A DNA stretch of 63,197 bases, filler included, from Bigelowiella natans CCMP2755 (taxonomy: Eukaryota; Protista; Cercozoa): NCBI GenBank assembly GCA_000320545.1. It is 10 parts of 10 records of this genome, joined end to end, with 100 filler letters (N's around TTAATTAATTAA, not from the genome) between each part and the next. Parts side by side here need not be neighbours in the genome. Positions count along the whole stretch, not along the records: positions 1 to 29,923 come from ADNK01003129.1; 9 more parts are not named here. One strand, given 5' to 3'. The translations under genes were made by a program, and so were the position numbers. Shown here in pieces: positions 1 to 13,018 of this stretch. Numbering within the stretch: position 1 is the first letter of the stretch; each line of letters opens with the position of its first letter. The notes below the pieces were generated by a model. The model saw only the letters and a list, made by a program, of their open reading frames with translations. It was not told the origin of the DNA and did not search any database.

Positions 1-105
1 CAAGGGCCCTCTTCGCCTCTCTCACGGCAGCATTTGTGTCTGGAATCCAAGATAGTAACCGATCCTGACACGAACAACCAAACATAAGCACACACACACA
101 CACAC

Positions 106-155
<50 letters not shown>

Positions 156-797
156 ATCATGATAATCCGGAGACTCACTGACAAACACACTGGCGACAAC
201 ATCCGGGCAGCAGCAGCAGCAGCAGCAAACAATTCAATAACCTGTGCCGCTACAGCAGCAGCCGCAGGCGGTGCTCCGGATGATGAAGAAGAAGAAGGCA
301 TCTGGCGCCCCGCGGGAAGCGAAGAAACTGACGACGAAGACGATGGATGATCTACAACTAGATCCAATTGCCGTTCTAGAGACTTTAGCTTATCATTGAA
401 TTCCTCCTCCTGCTGCTCCTGGTGCTGGTGGTGGTGGTGCTGCTGTCGCTCTTCCAAGCGTTTGCTGTCATTGCCATGAATGACCGCACTACCACTACTA
501 CTAATTCTACTACTGCTACTGCTACTGCTGCTGCCACCACCACGGCGATCCTGAAGCACACGACGAGAACAAAAAGGCACAATATCAATGAGAAAAAAGG
601 CCTGCTTCGTTGTTGTTGTCGTTGTTGTTCTTGTCCAGGAGCTGCCCAGCGTGTGGGCAGCTCGAGGAGAGCTCCGCATATTCCGAAGTTGGTACCATTG
701 CACTCGAAATCACCAATGATTTGCGTCGGGTCGCATCTTCGCAGCCTATCGTCTAATATCACTCTACTATTTGCCATACATTTGTGCAAGATATATC

Positions 798-830
<33 letters not shown>

Positions 831-1167
831 ACCAGCTGCATTTCCTCCTCACGGCTGGCGCTCGTGGTTCTTGGAATCGTCCTCGGAGTGTTTTCGCCTC
901 CCTCCTCCTGCTGCCCCCCCTCCTCATTTCTCTTCTTCTGCTGTCGCTGTCGCGGTTTGCCCTTTTTCTTCTTGGTCTTGAGGTGGTTGACAAGCTGCGC
1001 CCACAGCCTGTCGCGGACTTCAAATCGCTGCTGAGACCTCACCAGCTCCTGCTCGGGTATACGACGTGTGCAACCAATCAAATTCCAGCTGTGGGGGCAA
1101 TGGGATCACACGAGATGGCGGGGAAACAACAGCGTGCCTGGCCTTCAGGCTGTAGTTAGTATGCGGC

Positions 1168-1205
<38 letters not shown>

Positions 1206-2104
1206 CGGGTGGTTGATCTCCGGTAGTGGTACCTTAAGCTGACTGTGGAGCGCCATCACACGTTTCTCGTCGCTGAGAGACTGAGCACGATAACGACGAC
1301 CATTTCCGATTCGGGGTCAAACGATTATAATGCGGAGAGAGAAAGATAGATACACACGCATTGGCATGATGCTTCAAAGCAAGGAGGCTGCGAAACTTAA
1401 CGAGAGAAATCGGCTTGGATCGTGTTTCCATGGTTGCTAATTTTAGACGGTTCCACCTGAACTCTGATGGCCTCTGAGAGGTCGCTACGAGCCCTCTGAG
1501 CTTCTCTCTCGGCATGCTCCGCGTGGCCCTTCAGCAATGCAAGCTGGACGGAAAGGGACGCGTTTTGCTCCTACACACCGAACATCGCGCACAGGAAGAA
1601 GGATGAGACCACGCAAAAAAATCCTCTCTTCAGAGGCCGTTGGTAGAGTAATGGCATGCACAGCCGTGAGGGAGAGTTGTGGATGTTTAGTACCAAAACT
1701 TTCTCGGCCCGCACTGTGACAGGGGCCCTTGTCTTGATGATCTCGAGCGCCGTCCGCATCTGCCATACTAGCCTTCGCAGCTCCCGGAAAGGATTGTCGG
1801 CGTGCTTCTTTGACGTCTTTCGCTGTTTCTCGCCGCCGCTCCGCCCAGCATGGCTGCCGCCATCATCGCGGTGTCGGTTAGCATTGCCATCGTTGTTATT
1901 CAGTGCTTGATCGTCGCCCCGCTCAGCAGCTTCTATGAGGGCGGCCGCCTTTTTATTTATAAATGTATATTATATATATTACTATTATATAGTCGTCTCA
2001 CTTTGGCGTTATCGCTGTCATCATCATCATCATCATCATCAACTTCTTTTTCTTTTTCTATAAAATATATATGCACGCCGGCCATGCGCGCGTCTCCGTT
2101 CGTG

Positions 2105-2135
<31 letters not shown>

Positions 2136-2501
2136 ATACTACTACTACTGCTACTACAGGGTTCTTGCGACCTACCATATCGTGCTTCTCCTCCAGCACG
2201 GCAAACATCTCACCCAAGCTCTTCCGCGCTGCCAACACGTTCACGATGTCATCCTTATCTTTCCCCCCCACCTTACTGTCGTAGGGTGGGGGGAGGACAC
2301 GCACGGCCCCCTCCTCACCGCCGTTGCAATTGACTTTCTTGGCGGTGATTCTAGCCCCAAGGAAACAAGTGATGTGCCTTTTCTTCAGCTCTCGGAGCCG
2401 CGAGATATGATCCTCGATATTCTCTCGACAAATAACGGCCAGCCTCCACAACTCGCGGCGTGCCCGTGCATCCCTGACGAAACGGCGTTCCTGTGCGAAC
2501 G

Positions 2502-2546
<45 letters not shown>

Positions 2547-3340
2547 AGTCAGGAGCGATGGTGGTTGGAAACTAAAGGGGAGGGGGGGGGGGCAGTCCCA
2601 TCTGGGATCTGGGATAGATTTGAACGACGTTTAAGAAACAAAAAAGAGAAACATGCAATCTCTACATGCTCGTTGCTGCTGCCGCCTTCGATGATTCCCG
2701 GCAGCGCTGGGGGGGGGGGGGATGAAGACGACGACAAAGCAGAGCTGCTATTGAGGGTAGGAAGGTCCTCATTTGTGGCGCCAAACGTCAGAGGAGGCGC
2801 CCACGTCTCCACCCAAGAACGATAAACTTCTCGAAGCTCCTGCAGCAGTGCGAGCGGAGGAAGATAAACAGCAATGAAGGAGGGACAAGCGGCGCCATAA
2901 GGGACGGAATAATAGGTCATTCTGTTCTTTCTAGCTACGATTGCGCAATTTAATATGCCGTTGGGGGGGGGGGGGGGCAGAGGACACCGCCACTGTTTGG
3001 TCAGTTTTCGAGGGTATGTTTTCGTGGTGGAATCACCTCGTTTTGCTTGAGCTCCTTCCGCACCCCGCTTCTAAGTGCTCTATTATGTGTGTGTGCATGC
3101 GTTGGGCGAGAGTGTGAGAGTGTGAGAGTGTGTGTGTTTGTGCGTACGTGTGCTCAACCCATTTTGTACGATTGTATGCGCAATAGCCATATATTTTCCC
3201 TTCTTCATCTTGCTGCTGCTGCTGCTCCTCCTCCTCCTCCTCCTCCTCCTCCTCCTCCCCCTCTCCCATTTTCTTTACCTGATCTGGGCGGCCTGCTGCA
3301 CGATAGCAATATCCTGCACACGTAGCAGAAAGATATATCA
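1..3340 (-). CDS. Multi-exon hypothetical protein, probably the C-terminal part of the CH-domain gene; runs off the window start
   Basis: Coding-like segments lie between microsatellite introns with GT/AG ends: MTYYSVPYGAACPSF..., WRLAVICRENIEDHISRLRELKKRH..., FRELRRLVWQMRTALEIIKTR, MPREKLRGLVATSQ..., EQELVRSQQRFEVRDRLWAQLVNHLK, DDRLRRCDPTQIIGDFECNG, DRLLSWIPDTNAAVREAKRAL. No family recognised. Confidence 0.45.
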
Positions 3341-3510
3341 ACACATGCAATCTCTCACTCACTCATTGTAGTAGCATATCCCCTCCCCACCCTTAGATGT
3401 CCCCCATTTCGTGAGACTCCTTCCTGTATTCACGTAAGCACATCAGCGTCTCTCTCTCTCTTTCTCCCCCCCCCCCCTTTCTTCATCTAGACTAGAGGAA
3501 GGATGCCTTC

Positions 3511-5271
3511 TTAGCTTACCTGCGTCTTGATACGTTTCAGCGCGAGAAAGTGCCGTTGCCTCGTCGTAACGACGAGCTGCCTCAAATGCACAGCCTCCTC
3601 ATGCGCGAAGATGCCAGCACCATCGTGTTGTTCCTCCGCCGCTATCATATTCGTCTTCCTCCTCGCTATCATGAGTGCCTTTTCTATCTGTTGGGGGTGA
3701 GAGAGCAATGTTGGTTTCTTGTTTAATGTCCTCCTTGCCCTCCCCCCCCCCCCTCTCTTTCCAATACTATACTACGTACCACATCGCCTACCCCTCCTAC
3801 AGCTATACGATAATTTCCAAGTAACCCCCTTACTTTTTCCTCCTCTTTCCGAAGCGCGCCGTCGATATCACGAATCTCGTTGGCCATGGTCCTCCTCAGA
3901 GAAGCGCCCTGCTCCGCCTTCAGCGCCGCCACCTGCAAAATCAACCGGGACACAAAACGCACGCACTAAAAATGAAGAAAGCTGGGGGGGGGAGAGGGAA
4001 GGATCTCGCATGGACGACTTGTCATCAAACTTCAATTCGTTGGGGTTTCCCATTACTTACAGCACAGTTGTGAAATCAAAGATTTGCTCCTACTACCGTT
4101 GCGCGGAGCTCCCTTATTTCCTGCTCTAACTCCGTCCGCTGATGGTAACATTGCTGGCGCTCATGCTCTTGCGTTTCGAGGAGAAACCTCTCTCGGTCCT
4201 TCGCGCGTCCGCGCAGCTCCCGCAGCTGATGATAAATATATAAGAACGGGAGAACATCACGAAGGCGGAAGTATTCTGTAGGTGTTGTGTTGTAGATGTG
4301 ATAAGGAGAGAGACGCTCTCTTATATTGACAGGGACATTGATGGCATCGGTCTCAACCTCATTCTCTAGTTGCTCTGCTATGGCTTTCCAGTAGCCCTCC
4401 TTCACGTCCTTCTCTTCTTGTTCCTTTGCCTTCTCCGGACCTGCAACTTCGTCATCATGCACACGCCGCCCTTTCTTCTTATTCCCCCTCCTCCGTGTCC
4501 CCCCTCCCAGCGTGATCTTGAGTCTTCGCGGCGGCAGCTTCTTTGCCGGTGGCCTCTCCTTCGCACGGGAAGCAAAGGTGCCTGTGATCAGTGCGCAGTT
4601 GCGGTGAGGATGCTGTTTCTATTTACGGTCTTATTCTGCTGCTCATTGTTACTATTAATATTAATATTGTTACTATTATTAGTGGTAGCTGCCTTCATCG
4701 TCCTCCTCTCCCACCACCAACATACGGCAATCAATCAGTGTCATCATAGGAATACACGCACCTATCGTGGCACACGCAGGAAGCAGCGTGCTCTCGGGGG
4801 GGCGCATGCGGAATGACGACGAGGACAGCGCTGCTGCATTTCCAGCGAGGGAGAGGCTTTGTCTGCTGTAGTTAGCAAGCTCATCGCAGTAGGGATTGAC
4901 GAAAATTGTAGAGGAAGAATAGCCGCTTCCTGGAGCGTCATGACTCGAATTCCGACTTGGACTTAACGTAAACTTAAGGTTGACACCGGGTGCCCCGAGA
5001 GCTAAAGAAGACCCTGCTACGGGTGGCTCTGTGATAACAACGAACGCGCCGCCGTCCTCCTCATCTGTGCTCGTCGTCTCTCTCTTACCATCGTAGTCTC
5101 CGAAAGCCTCGAAGGAGGAGCATCGTTCCCCATCTAAAGGAGATGAGCTCGCAGGCAATTGCGCACCGCCGTGGAGAGAGCGATGGTGCGCTTGGCGAGG
5201 AAGGCTTTTATGCTGACGGCGGCGGCGATCAAGACGTTTACTCTGCAAGGCCGATTTATGTACCACATTTC

Positions 5272-5308
<37 letters not shown>

Positions 5309-6249
5309 ATTTTATGTGCATTGACACTTGGCACATTCGAAAACCTAGAATCATTTTCATCATCATCCCAATGTGTCAATAGCACGAGTCTCCCTGGCCT
5401 ACCCCAAGCCCCATTCTCCTTGTCGTTCTCGTACATACTTTCGAAAGAGACTCCACACATTTCGCTGACTGCAAGAACTCGGACAATTTGAAGTCGATGG
5501 GGTGCGCAAATCTAACGTCGTCACAAAAAAGGTGTTGGCGTGCAGTTCGTGCATGAATTCATCGCATGTGCTGCTGCGGCGGCTGCGGACACGCAGCGTG
5601 CATTATTAGCAAGATCATGTCGGCGCACTTACTCTGCTTGCAAATTGTGATCCCTCTGCAGGCCATGGAGGAAGAATAACATAACGAGCGCGTGGTAACA
5701 TGCTTTCCAGCTGCCACGTCTGAGCTCTTCCACCGGGAAGCTGCTGAGAGGCAGCTCCAACTGCCGACAGATCGCCCGGAAAGCGTTCCATGCAGCATCT
5801 ATCTCCCAATTAAAACGGCTCCCTCGCTCAAACATGCAGTCCTTTGCCTGCCGGAAGAAGGGGTTTCAGACCGTAATGAGCGGGGGAGATGGATGTAGAA
5901 GAAAGAGGAGGGGGGGAGGAGGGGAGACCAGAGGCTTGACGATGTTTGGCCAGATCGTATGCAGCAGCCGTAGCATAACTTGCCCATCCTAACCAAAATA
6001 TCGGTATATGATGACAACGTATCGACGGTTGCTTTTTGAGGGATAAAGTCTCACCTTCAGCTCTTCGAAGTGCTTCACGGTGAAGCAGACAACGGTCGAC
6101 GCCCATTCCAAGAGGCCCTTCTTCCCCAAGGCATTCCTTCCTTCTCCCGATTTCTTGCCAGCAAGCTCCTTCCCTACACCCTTGTTCCGGGCCGTGCTTT
6201 TCTTCCTCAACTGCACTCCGGACGACCGCAGGGAACGCAGGCTTCTCAT
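3511..6249 (-). CDS. Calponin-homology (CH) domain protein with downstream coiled coils (spliced)
   Basis: Joined exons read GKKGLLEWASTVVCFTVKHFEELK|DGQVMLRLLHTIWPNIVKPL ... AAWNAFRAICRQLELPLSSFPVEELRRGSWKACYHALVMLF. This fits the CH pattern (LLxW...L.DG..l..L...i.P...N...F...C..l....edL..G). Coiled-coil exons follow at 3511-4462. Confidence 0.7.
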
Positions 6250-6868
6250 CGTGCTGGCGCGGGCTCAAAACCTCCGCTTTGGAGAACCAAATTCCCTTTA
6301 ATTCCAGCCGAGCCCATGGATGCTGCAAACTATAGTTGAGATAAAGAAGGATTGGAGGCCCAGTACCTTCCTCGCAGGCCGCAGGGCGATGATCGGGAGC
6401 AGTTGTGGGGTTGTCTTTAATGAGAGCGGATGGCGCTGTAAATGCTTGATCTGTGCGACAAGGCATCTATCTTGTCGCAACGATAAAATGCAGCTATTCT
6501 ATCACAAACTACCTCGTTTTGCCGGGAGAGTTATATGTCTTGATTTTGTCCTGAAATAGGATGGATATTGGATGAGCGACAATCTGGTTTCTCCTCGTTC
6601 GGGAGAAACGCCGTGTTTCACAGTAGTAACCGCACGGACGGACTACCAAAAAAGGGTAGCCTTCCCGTGCTTGTCAACTATCATTCCCCCCTGCATCGTT
6701 CCTGAAGTCCCTCAAGAGGGTGGCCGGAGAATAACATAGCCCGCGGAAGCTTGCCCGTGAGCACTGAGATGAACAATTCGAGTGGGCACAAAAGGCAGGT
6801 TTCTTACCACACGAGGAAAGTGTCAAATTTCGTCGCCGAAGAGGTAGTTCTGCCTGTGGGTGACGAAG

Positions 6869-8497
6869 ATGCGAGAGGAGCACCAATCACGCAACTCATC
6901 CCACCTCTCCCGCTACTTGCAGGATAGGAAAAAAACCTTGCATCTCACCATACACTGTGCGACGTGGAACGTCGGCGCATCCATGCCTAGCACATCTGAT
7001 ATCGCCAAGGTGCTGGAACTAAAGAACGAGTATCCAGATATATACTGCATCGGTCTGCAGGTAGCTGCTTGCGATGTCTTTTATTGCCCGGGCATTTCCC
7101 ATAGGAAGGCTACTTTTAACGGTGGTCCCTGTGAGAGCGCGTAATTTGCCATCATGCCTGTAGAACAATGCTGAGAGATTAGTGGCACGAAAATGCTGCT
7201 TTTGACAACGACACACAAGCAGCTACACTGAGGGTCTAAATAGATAGGACCAACAGCGCGTTTAGCTGCTCACTTATATCGTTCGCGGCTTAGGAAGTGG
7301 TAGATCTCAACGTGCTGAATGTAGCCATTCGGCCGAATCATGCCGCGGATAGATGGGAGCGGATGATAGAGAGGGTTCTCGACAGCAAGTACAACCCGCA
7401 TCATAAGCATGCAAATGAGGGATTCTCCAAGATATGCGTGCAGCAAATGGTGGGACTGCTACTGCTGGTGTATATTCGTGCCGACCTTTTCCCATACGTC
7501 AGCGAGTTTCAAACAGATTCATTAGGTGATAACGGAGCGGCTGCTCATTCATGCTGGTTCTAATATGATGAAAATACCTATTGCTAGGGAAGCCATAGCA
7601 ACATATCATAACCTTCACACAAGCTAGCACAAAAGCCTTACACCATAGACAGCCTGCTTCAACACGCTAATAATGTAACTATAGGCGTTGGAATGGGAAG
7701 ACTCGGCAACAAGGGAGCGGTTCGTGTTTGTGGGAAATTATGATACGAATGATGCTTACGGTTTATATAATCATGTGTTCTTTGTCCGAATCTGTATAAG
7801 TATCTTCTACTGTCGGACTTTTTTGCTGTTTTTCCTTGATCGTCGCCGCATATTACGTCCAACAGGTTGCGTTCAGATTCAAGTTGTTTGAATGCACGTT
7901 CGTCATGGTCAACTCACACTTCACAGCGGGCAGGGAAAAGCTTTCGCGTCGGAATCGAGACTACGCCGATATCGTCAAGTCAGCCGATCCAACTGTTTGA
8001 GGAAAAAACAATATAACTAGGGTTTCCAACTATGATTATTTTTGCTTTACGTTCCTTTTGTCTGTCCGCAGAAACGTGTGCTTCATGGACACGGCGTATT
8101 GCCCTCGCACGATCTTCGACTCAGACGTGCTACTCTTCATGGGTGACTTAAACTATAGGTGGTGAAACAAATGGCGATTTGCCCTGCTGTCGTTGTCGCT
8201 GTGCTTGCCAAAACAAAACAGAGTCGTCTCTCTCTATCGACCAAGATCGAGGCAGCAATCGTTTGAGTGGTGTTCGTAGTGAGAACAATGCGACCTTTTC
8301 CGTAGGCTGGAATACGAACTTGAGGAGTTTAAGACAGTGCAGAACCTGATAAGTACAGGGCAGTACGGCAAGTTGGTTGAGCGAGATCAGCTCCGAATGA
8401 CGAGGGAGTCGTCCAACCCCAGGCGCGCCTTCAAGTACCTCTCAGAGACAGGTCTTACAATAGTTGATACTCAAGGGCAAAGCTAATTCTCAGGGCA

Positions 8498-8539
<42 letters not shown>

Positions 8540-8829
8540 TAAATATTATTTATATAATCCACGCGTCTTCATTTCTTCCGATCTCCCTCCCTCCCCCCCC
8601 CCCTTTGTTTTGTTATCAGGGCCCTTGAATTTTGCGCCTACTTATAAGCGAGTCCCGGGCAAGTTCGAAGGTTACAGGTACGAGGGGCGGCATGTGTATG
8701 TGTGTATATGTGTGTGTATGTGTGTGTATGTGTGTGTGTGTGTGGTATGTTTGTGTGTGCCCACATCCTACCATTTTGCTTCATTTTATAGCCTATAATT
8801 TCATGTAATATATACACACACACACACAC

Positions 8830-8870
<41 letters not shown>

Positions 8871-9480
8871 CATAATATTATACAAATAGTAACACAATCG
8901 GTAATTATTACATCAGCCATAAGCGTATTCCTGGCTGGACTGATCGCATATTCTACTACGAAACTTCCGTCCCACTGCTGCCCACGAGGCAGGAGTTCAA
9001 GCATATCTCAAGAACTCCTACAGCTTTTGGGCGGGGGGGACTCGCTAACTCGATGGCGAAGAATCCACCAGGTCCTTCCCCTGCCTAACTTGCTGGGAGT
9101 GGTGGAAGATGTTGAAAATTTGTTGGAAAGAGATCCGAAGTGTTCGTGTTTGTACACAAGGGTGATGCTGTACGTGTTAAGTGGACATTGCCCCCCCCCG
9201 CCCCCTTCTTTAAATGTGTATATACTTTTCGGTCTCCTTTCATCCTCTCTTGACCTCATCGCGTGGATAAATAACTAGGAAGCGATTCCAGCGCCACGGC
9301 GGGGACAGGGGCAAGTACAACTCCAAAGAACCCAACGCTCTCTCTCGGAGTCGGCACCAGCCCCATCCACGAAGTGTCTGATATGTATGTGCGCCTTACA
9401 TCTGAATAGAACTAGGACAGATATCAACAGTCCCCAGCCGTAACAGAGACATGCAGCATAATAGAAAGAGAAATAGAGAT

Positions 9481-9519
<39 letters not shown>

Positions 9520-11985
9520 CCACTACACACATGTCTGTGCACACTTCAAATCTTGGATGATGAGGCTTTGGCTTTTCGTACTATACAAGGGGGGAGGGGA
9601 AAGGGAGACCAACAAAGGAGAGTCATCATGCACAGACTCCAGTGCCGGGGCAATAACAGTGACCTGGCATGTAGCCTATCTGTTATGTTCAGCTTTTTAA
9701 CAAGGTCTTCATAAAACAACCACCATAGTTTCAAATCGAACGAGGACTTGCCCCTCCCCCGCCCGCGCTCTCGGAGCGACACGAATAACAGCAGGGTTTC
9801 AAGGTCAAAGGCCTCCCGCCTCTCCTCCTTCAAGCCCATCAGCTACACGTCTAGAAGAGATTGCGTGCACAGTGACCACCGGCCTGTCGTTGCGGGCTTC
9901 TCCGCACAGATTCTGGATCCTCACGGATTCGATCTCGGGAAGGACGACAACGGTGGGAGCGGGGGCGCGCTGATGCTATGGAGCATTCTCGAGGTCGCGC
10001 AGTTCTTTGTAATGCTGCTGGAACTAAACTTCCGGTACGACAAGAACATCTTCGAGGATCTTAGGCTCAACTACATATTGGGGTGGTCAACGGGTCAGCA
10101 GCCATGGCGCGCAGCGAACTGCATTGCACCATCATCATCATCATCATCTTCTTCATCTTCATCATCTCCATAATCATCATTATCATCATCATCACGTCGT
10201 CATCATCATCGTCATTCTGATTCATGTACAACAAAAACCCCGTCAATCATAAGCATTTCCGCCCTTCTACGACACCCCATCTTTGATCGTCATTATCTCG
10301 GTGAATGTCAAAAACCACAGGAATCTTCGCCTCCAACACCCTCCTCTCGGGGGAAGTCTCTCCGGACCGCGGCAAGCCTTCCCGGGAGGAAATTCACAAA
10401 CTCATGGGTCTTGAGCGGCTGAGGTTATTTGCTTGGCCAGATATCGATCATTTTGGCACGCGAATACACTTCCACTCACGCGACCTCTCACTCGTCTCTG
10501 AAATCAATCCACGTACGCTACTTCGCTACATCTTTATTTGCATTTTCAAATAGTTGGGAGAGCAACGTGAACCCGAACTATATAGCACCGCAGGTAAAGA
10601 TGCTCGGAGTACAGAAATCGCAACGATGAAAATGTTAATAGTTTTTCCAGCCACTCTCTTGTGATCCGGCTATAAGCTTTATTAATTATTAGCGAATACG
10701 AATATATGTTTGTATACAGGCCCTCGTGACTCTGTGCGTAGTCGCGCTCATCGTCATTGCTATTTGCATGATCTGCTTCCAACTAACGCGACTGCTTTAC
10801 TCCGTCAATTCTCTACGCACGGCGCAGGCTAGAGTTTATTGGTAATCAAGAATAAATAGTGATAATAAGAACCATAGAAACACAAAAGGGGGTATGAAGG
10901 AACTCAGGATACCTTAATCTAAAATTAAATGCCCCCCCCTCGCGTAGGCTGTGGACGATGTACCAATCCCTGGGCGTGATATTGATCATGGCCTTCTACC
11001 CAGCTTTCTCCCTCGGCTCGTTCCACGTGTCGCTCTGCTACGGTATCTTCGACTTTGAAACCGAGCTCATCCTCTCCGCAAACACCTGCCACCTCGGCAC
11101 GTGCATTGCAGGGGCGTTCGGTCTCATGTACGCCTACATCGGCGTGCGGCTGTGGGTGAAAGTTCAGACGAAGAGAGCCTATACGCAGCTCTTCCTCCAT
11201 AGGAAGCTCAAGGCAGTGTGGGGGCACTTCTGGCGTCTCTACCGCTACGATGCGAAATTCTTCGCTTTGTGTGATATGTGCTCAAGGGCTTTGCAAGGCG
11301 TTGCAATGAGCGGCACGACATGGTCTTTAGGTCCTCTGGTGCTGGTTTTCTCTGTGCAGGCGGTGCTGCTCGTTATGATTTACATACTCAAGCCGTTCAA
11401 GGTGTGTATGGCCGATGGTTTTGCTTCGGTCTTCGGATAAGGAAAGGCTACATTTTCAGCTGCATGTTTCCTTTAATTGTGCGGGAAATTATGTATTGAG
11501 TATGCGTGTGTTTGCGTGTGTGTGTGTGTGTGTGTGTGTGTTTGTGTCTGGATATGTATGCATGTGTGCATAAATGCCTCGCACATAATTGATCACAGTA
11601 GCGACGAGAAGTCGTGACATCATATATTGCCCTGCTGCAGCACGGAACGACAGCGATTGTTATGAAGTTCATCTACTGGCTTCGACTGACCGTGTGCTCG
11701 ATCATCTTTGGATTTAAAGTCTCTGACCAGCAGAAGTACCGCGAGATCGTATCTTTCGTCATTATCTTCGGGTTTTTCATCGCTCTACTCCTCTGCCTGG
11801 GGAACTACCTTTACCATCAAGGTCGGAAGATTGCACTGGACCTGATCAGCATCTTCGCCCCGTGTCTCAAGGGATCGTGCACGCGCTGGATCGCACAAGG
11901 GTGTGGAGATAAGGGGGGTGGGGGCTGTAAAGAGTTGGTGGCGTGTGTATGCTGTATGTGCTAGAGTGCTGATATTTACCACACT

Positions 11986-12022
<37 letters not shown>

Positions 12023-12588
12023 TATATATATATATATATATATATTGTGTGTATGTGTGTATGTGTGTTTGTGTTTTCGTTTTTCTGATGTATGTAAGTA
12101 CATAGATTAAGTAAGCAAGATAAATATAAATAACTTAAAAACGGATACCGTACCTCGCCTCCACCCCCCCTCCCCTTCCTTCTATTGTCTAGATGCTGCT
12201 GTTGCTGCTGTCGTGAGGACTCCATTCAGTGGAATGGATCCAACGTAGGTTTGGACGTCGCCGTAAACAGAGATGTAGCCGTGCAATGTAGTGCGATCAA
12301 TAGTAAGCTGAACAGGTACCACAAATGAGAGCAAACATCGGGAAAATTGTAGAACAAAGAGCTCCGACAGCTCTGAAAATAACGATGGATCTTATCTCAC
12401 GCCTTCGCTTTCGCCCGTATGGCAATTGGAATTCATTGCATTTATTTCGATGGCATTTATTGTGGGGGTGGTGTTAATGCCAAACCTCTCTCTGTATCAC
12501 CTTTTACATGGACCATGACTTAACTTTTCTAAGCTTTTTCAACTTCCTCAAAAGATTTCATCGTCATTCTCAGCCCCTTCATGCACAT

Positions 12589-12641
<53 letters not shown>

Positions 12642-12653
12642 TTCTATATATAT

Positions 12654-12695
<42 letters not shown>

Positions 12696-12947
12696 CACAA
12701 GTACTCACGCACAAACGCGCCGACTTTATTCTACAGTGCGATGACCACCAAGAGGATGAAGAATCTAACATTTACTACAACTGTTACCGCACCTGAAGGG
12801 GGGGGACTGATCTCCACACGAGGCACGAGGCAAAGCACAATGAACTCAGTGACCCCTACACCTCTCAATAACCTCAAAATCGTGAGGGAGAAAGAAGTCA
12901 GTACTCAAAGTGAGAAAGGAGAAAATGACGCAAATCTAGGTCTCTGA
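6869..12947 (+). CDS. Inositol polyphosphate 5-phosphatase (IPPc, OCRL/INPP5-type catalytic domain) fused to a C-terminal multi-pass membrane domain
   Basis: The IPPc motifs occur in order across exons: ATWNVG, PDIYCIGLQ|E, QMVGLLLLVYIR, GRLGNKGAV, FVMVNSHF, RNRDY, FMGDLNY|R, RDQL, FAPTYK, RIPGWTDRI, SDHRPV. About 8 hydrophobic segments follow in exons at roughly 9970-11900. The final exon is tentative. Confidence 0.88.
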
Positions 12948-13018
12948 TCATCAGAATGCGCAGAGGAGTGCCAATTGTGGTGAGGACTCATACAGATGGC
13001 AATTGTTTAGCATATTTA

